The notes under the pieces were generated by a model that did not search any database, was not told the DNA's origin, and saw only the letters and a program-made list of their open reading frames with translations. A stretch of DNA of 64,000 bases, taken from an uncultured Gammaproteobacteria bacterium. GTDB lineage: Bacteria > Pseudomonadota > Gammaproteobacteria > CAWCPV01. The DNA is taken from assembly GCA_963797555.1 (NCBI GenBank), contig CAWCPV010000007.1, forward strand, positions 1 to 64,000, written 5' to 3'. Both the position numbers and the translations under genes were made by a program. This document shows, one piece after another, positions 61,560-64,000 of the stretch. The stretch's first letter is position 1; every line of letters begins with the position of its first letter.

Positions 61560-64000
61560 GCGGGTCCTCCCTCTGCACCGATTGAGGAGTGCGCCCGGTC
61601 GCCATCATCGCCGGCCGCCTCCGCCGACGGCGCGAATCCGCGCCGCAGGGTGTTCTCCGTGACTGTGCGTGGCTCCAGGAACTGCAGGAGATAATCGGGG
61701 CCGCCGGCCTTGCTTCCGAGGCCGCTCATCTTGAACCCCCCGAACGGCTGGCGTCCCACGACGGCGCCCGTGATCTTGCGGTTCAGATACAGGTTCCCAA
61801 CCCGGAAGTCCCGCGCCGCCAGGGCCAGGTGACTGGGCAGCCGAGAATAAATGCCGCCGGTGAGGGCGTAAGGCGTGCCGTTGGCCAGATCGATGGCCTG
61901 TCGCAGGTCGCGGGCCCGGAACACGGAGAGCACCGGCCCGAAGATCTCCTCCTGGGCGAGGGCCGAATCGGGCGGCACCTCGGTGAAGATGGTCGGGCCC
62001 ACGTAGAAACCCTCCTGCAGGCCCGATACGTCGGTCTCAAGCGCTACCTTGCTTGTCTGTTTGCCGGCTTGGACCGCCCTGCGGATGCGCTCCGCCGACC
62101 GCGCGTCGATGACCGGGCCGAGGGAGTGGCGGGGCTCCTCGGGGGAACCGATAGGGAGGCTGCGCGCCGCCTCGACCAGGCGCCCCAGAAAACGGTCGTA
62201 GGCCGCGCCCACCGCGATGACGCGCGATGCTGCACTGCACTTTTGGCCCTGGTAGCCGAAGGCCGAGGCGACCGTGCCCAGCACCGCGTCGTCCAGATCG
62301 GCATCGGCGTCGACTACGATAGCGTTCTTGCCGCCCATCTCCGCGATGACGCGCTTCAGATGGTCTTGACCCGGGGCGGTGTGCGCGGCGAGGCGGTAGA
62401 TACGCGTGCCGACCTCGCGGGAGCCCGTGAAGGTGATCAGGTGCACTCCAGGATGCTGCACCAGATAGTCGCCCACGTCGTGGCCCGCACCCGGTAGATA
62501 GGTCACCACGCCCGCAGGCACCCCCGCGTCCCGCAGCAGATCGGTGAACCGGGCCGCCACCACCGGTGTCTGCGACGAGGGCTTCACGATCGCGGTGTTA
62601 CCGGTGACGATGCAGGCCGACAGCATTCCCGCCAGGATGGCGAGGGGGAAGTTCCAGGGGGCGATGACCAGCCCCACTCCGCGGGGCTGATAGAAGTAGC
62701 GGTTCGTCTCCCCTGGTACGTTGAATGCCTGCCCCGCGCTCAGGCGCACCATCTCGCGCGCGTAATATTCCAGGTAGTCGATGGCCTCCACCACATCCGC
62801 ATCCGCCTCGGTCCACCCCTTGCCCGCCTCGAGGATCTCCCAGGCTGCGAACTCGTCGCGCTGCGACCGCAGAAGCTCTGCGGCCCGCAAGAGGAAGCCG
62901 GCGCGCTCCTCGGCCGCGACCTCGCGCCACTGCCGGAAGGCCGACCCGGCCGTTTCCACTGCCCGCTGCGCCGTGCTCTGATCGGAGCCCGCCACACGGC
63001 CGACGACCTCGGAGGGCCGGGCCGGGTTCACTGAATGAATGAACCGCCCCGTGAGCACCTGCTCCGGCCCGATGACCAGCGGATAGTCTCGGCCCAGTTG
63101 GCGGCGCACGGAGATCAGGGCGCTGGCGAAGGCGCCGCGCTCGGCGTCACCGGTGAAGCGGCGCACCGGCTCGTTACGAAACGGGGGGAGGTGCGCTTGC
63201 GCTGTCCGGGGCAACGCTTCGCGCCCGGCGCCGCCGCTCTCCAGGGGCTCGGTCGAGGCTTCCTGTGGCGGCGACTCCGCCGGTGGTGCGACCAGTTCCT
63301 CGGCCGGCAGGTCCTCCACGAAGCTCATGCGCAGGAAGGACTGGCTTGCGGTGTTCTCCAGCAGACGGCGCACCAGATACGCCATTCCGGGAAGCACCTG
63401 CCCGAACGGCAGGTAGACGCGCAGCCGGTAGCCCATGTCCGCCACGGTGTCCTTGAGGGGGTCGGCCATGCCGTACAGCATCTGCAGCTCGAACTGCTCC
63501 GGCGACAGGGCATGGGACTCCGCCAGCGCGATCGCCAACGCCACGCTGCGCACGTTGTGGGTCGCCGCTGCCGCCTCGACATGCGGGTGGTGCTCGAATA
63601 AACGCGCCAGACAGCGCTCGTAGCACCGGTCGGTGCCGGCCTTATCGGTCCACACCGGCGCCGGCCATCCGTGCTGGCTCGCCACGACGGTCTCGTAGTC
63701 CCAATATGCCCCACGGACCAGGCGCACGGTCACCGGCGTGCCGCGCTGCCTGACCCAGGCGAGCAGCGCCTCCAAGTCGGCCTCGGCCTCCGTCAAATAG
63801 GCCTGCAGCGCGATGCCGGCGTCAGGCCAGTCCCGAAGCTCCGGCTCCATCAAGAGCTCGCGGAACACCTTCATTACGATGTGTCGCGTCTGATATTGCT
63901 CCATGTCCAGGCACACGAACGCTCCGCGGCTCCTGGCCAGCCGCAGGATCGCCCGCAGCCGCTGCTTGACGCGCTCCGCGCCGCCCTCTGGGTCATGAGC
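61556..64000 (-). CDS. putA: Bifunctional proline dehydrogenase / P5C dehydrogenase, 5' part outside the window
   Basis: LDMEQ, RLVRGAYWD, ATHNVRS, FELQMLYGM, YLVRRLLEN (PRODH); APWNFP, FTGS, EMGGKN, GQKCSA, EEIFGP (ALDH). Confidence 0.92.
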   Translation of the reverse strand, partial: AHDPEGGAERVKQRLRAILRLARSRGAFVCLDMEQYQTRHIVMKVFRELLMEPELRDWPDAGIALQAYLTEAEADLEALLAWVRQRGTPVTVRLVRGAYWDYETVVASQHGWPAPVWTDKAGTDRCYERCLARLFEHHPHVEAAAATHNVRSVALAIALAESHALSPEQFELQMLYGMADPLKDTVADMGYRLRVYLPFGQVLPGMAYLVRRLLENTASQSFLRMSFVEDLPAEELVAPPAESPPQEASTEPLESGGAGREALPRTAQAHLPPFRNEPVRRFTGDAERGAFASALISVRRQLGRDYPLVIGPEQVLTGRFIHSVNPARPSEVVGRVAGSDQSTAQRAVETAGSAFRQWREVAAEERAGFLLRAAELLRSQRDEFAAWEILEAGKGWTEADADVVEAIDYLEYYAREMVRLSAGQAFNVPGETNRYFYQPRGVGLVIAPWNFPLAILAGMLSACIVTGNTAIVKPSSQTPVVAARFTDLLRDAGVPAGVVTYLPGAGHDVGDYLVQHPGVHLITFTGSREVGTRIYRLAAHTAPGQDHLKRVIAEMGGKNAIVVDADADLDDAVLGTVASAFGYQGQKCSAASRVIAVGAAYDRFLGRLVEAARSLPIGSPEEPRHSLGPVIDARSAERIRRAVQAGKQTSKVALETDVSGLQEGFYVGPTIFTEVPPDSALAQEEIFGPVLSVFRARDLRQAIDLANGTPYALTGGIYSRLPSHLALAARDFRVGNLYLNRKITGAVVGRQPFGGFKMSGLGSKAGGPDYLLQFLEPRTVTENTLRRGFAPSAEAAGDDGDRAHSSIGAEGGPA

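Noticed and set aside
1-64000. Programmed frameshifting as the explanation for split genes
   Set aside because: Breaks are scattered across unrelated genes without shared slippery motifs; sequencing error or decay is more parsimonious.

Overview
GC-rich bacterial window, probably from a gammaproteobacterium (inferred from dnaQ, fdxA, rimI, hldE, yheS). Many single-base frameshifts occur in otherwise intact genes, consistent with an error-prone long-read assembly. Left to right: (1) 1-5.6 kb, a decaying defence island with darT(partial)-darG, an hsdS tail remnant, a coupled uncharacterised gene pair (DUF6978-like + DUF1828/1829-like), MNT-HEPN remnants, an internally deleted hsdR and an IS630 remnant. 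(2) GalT-like gene, nucleotide-antiporter-like MFS plus Tat aldo-keto reductase, and the ABC-F ATPase YheS. (3) A full IS1634-family element between a membrane protein and a TIR-STAND(NTPase)-TPR gene. (4) 18.3-26.9 kb, the best candidate for an undescribed system: a PAS histidine kinase and sigma54 activator, a near-consensus sigma54 promoter with palindromic upstream sites, three tandem Cys-patterned secreted paralogs separated by a repeated hairpin, a secreted His-rich beta-propeller, an orphan GspC-PDZ and a GDCCVxC protein fused to a second propeller remnant. (5) A core block: dnaQ, MDR oxidoreductase, fdxA, pgpA, rimI, UDG-4, leuA, an ArnT-like/LAB-N/GT2 trio, hldE, lrp and a second leuA-type gene. 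(6) mltB and a peptidoglycan-binding hydrolase. (7) A complete integron with intI, attI, 5 attC sites and 6 cassettes, including an ORF-less cassette, a two-gene SWIM cassette and a cassette truncated by a Y1-transposase remnant. (8) Alpha-2-macroglobulin/pbpC, a lytic transglycosylase, an atypical PBP and putA (partial). A MITE family with GAGCTTGTGAA ends and TNA duplications is dispersed through the core region. No rRNA, tRNA or CRISPR array was seen. Domain names come from motif recognition, not from database searches.
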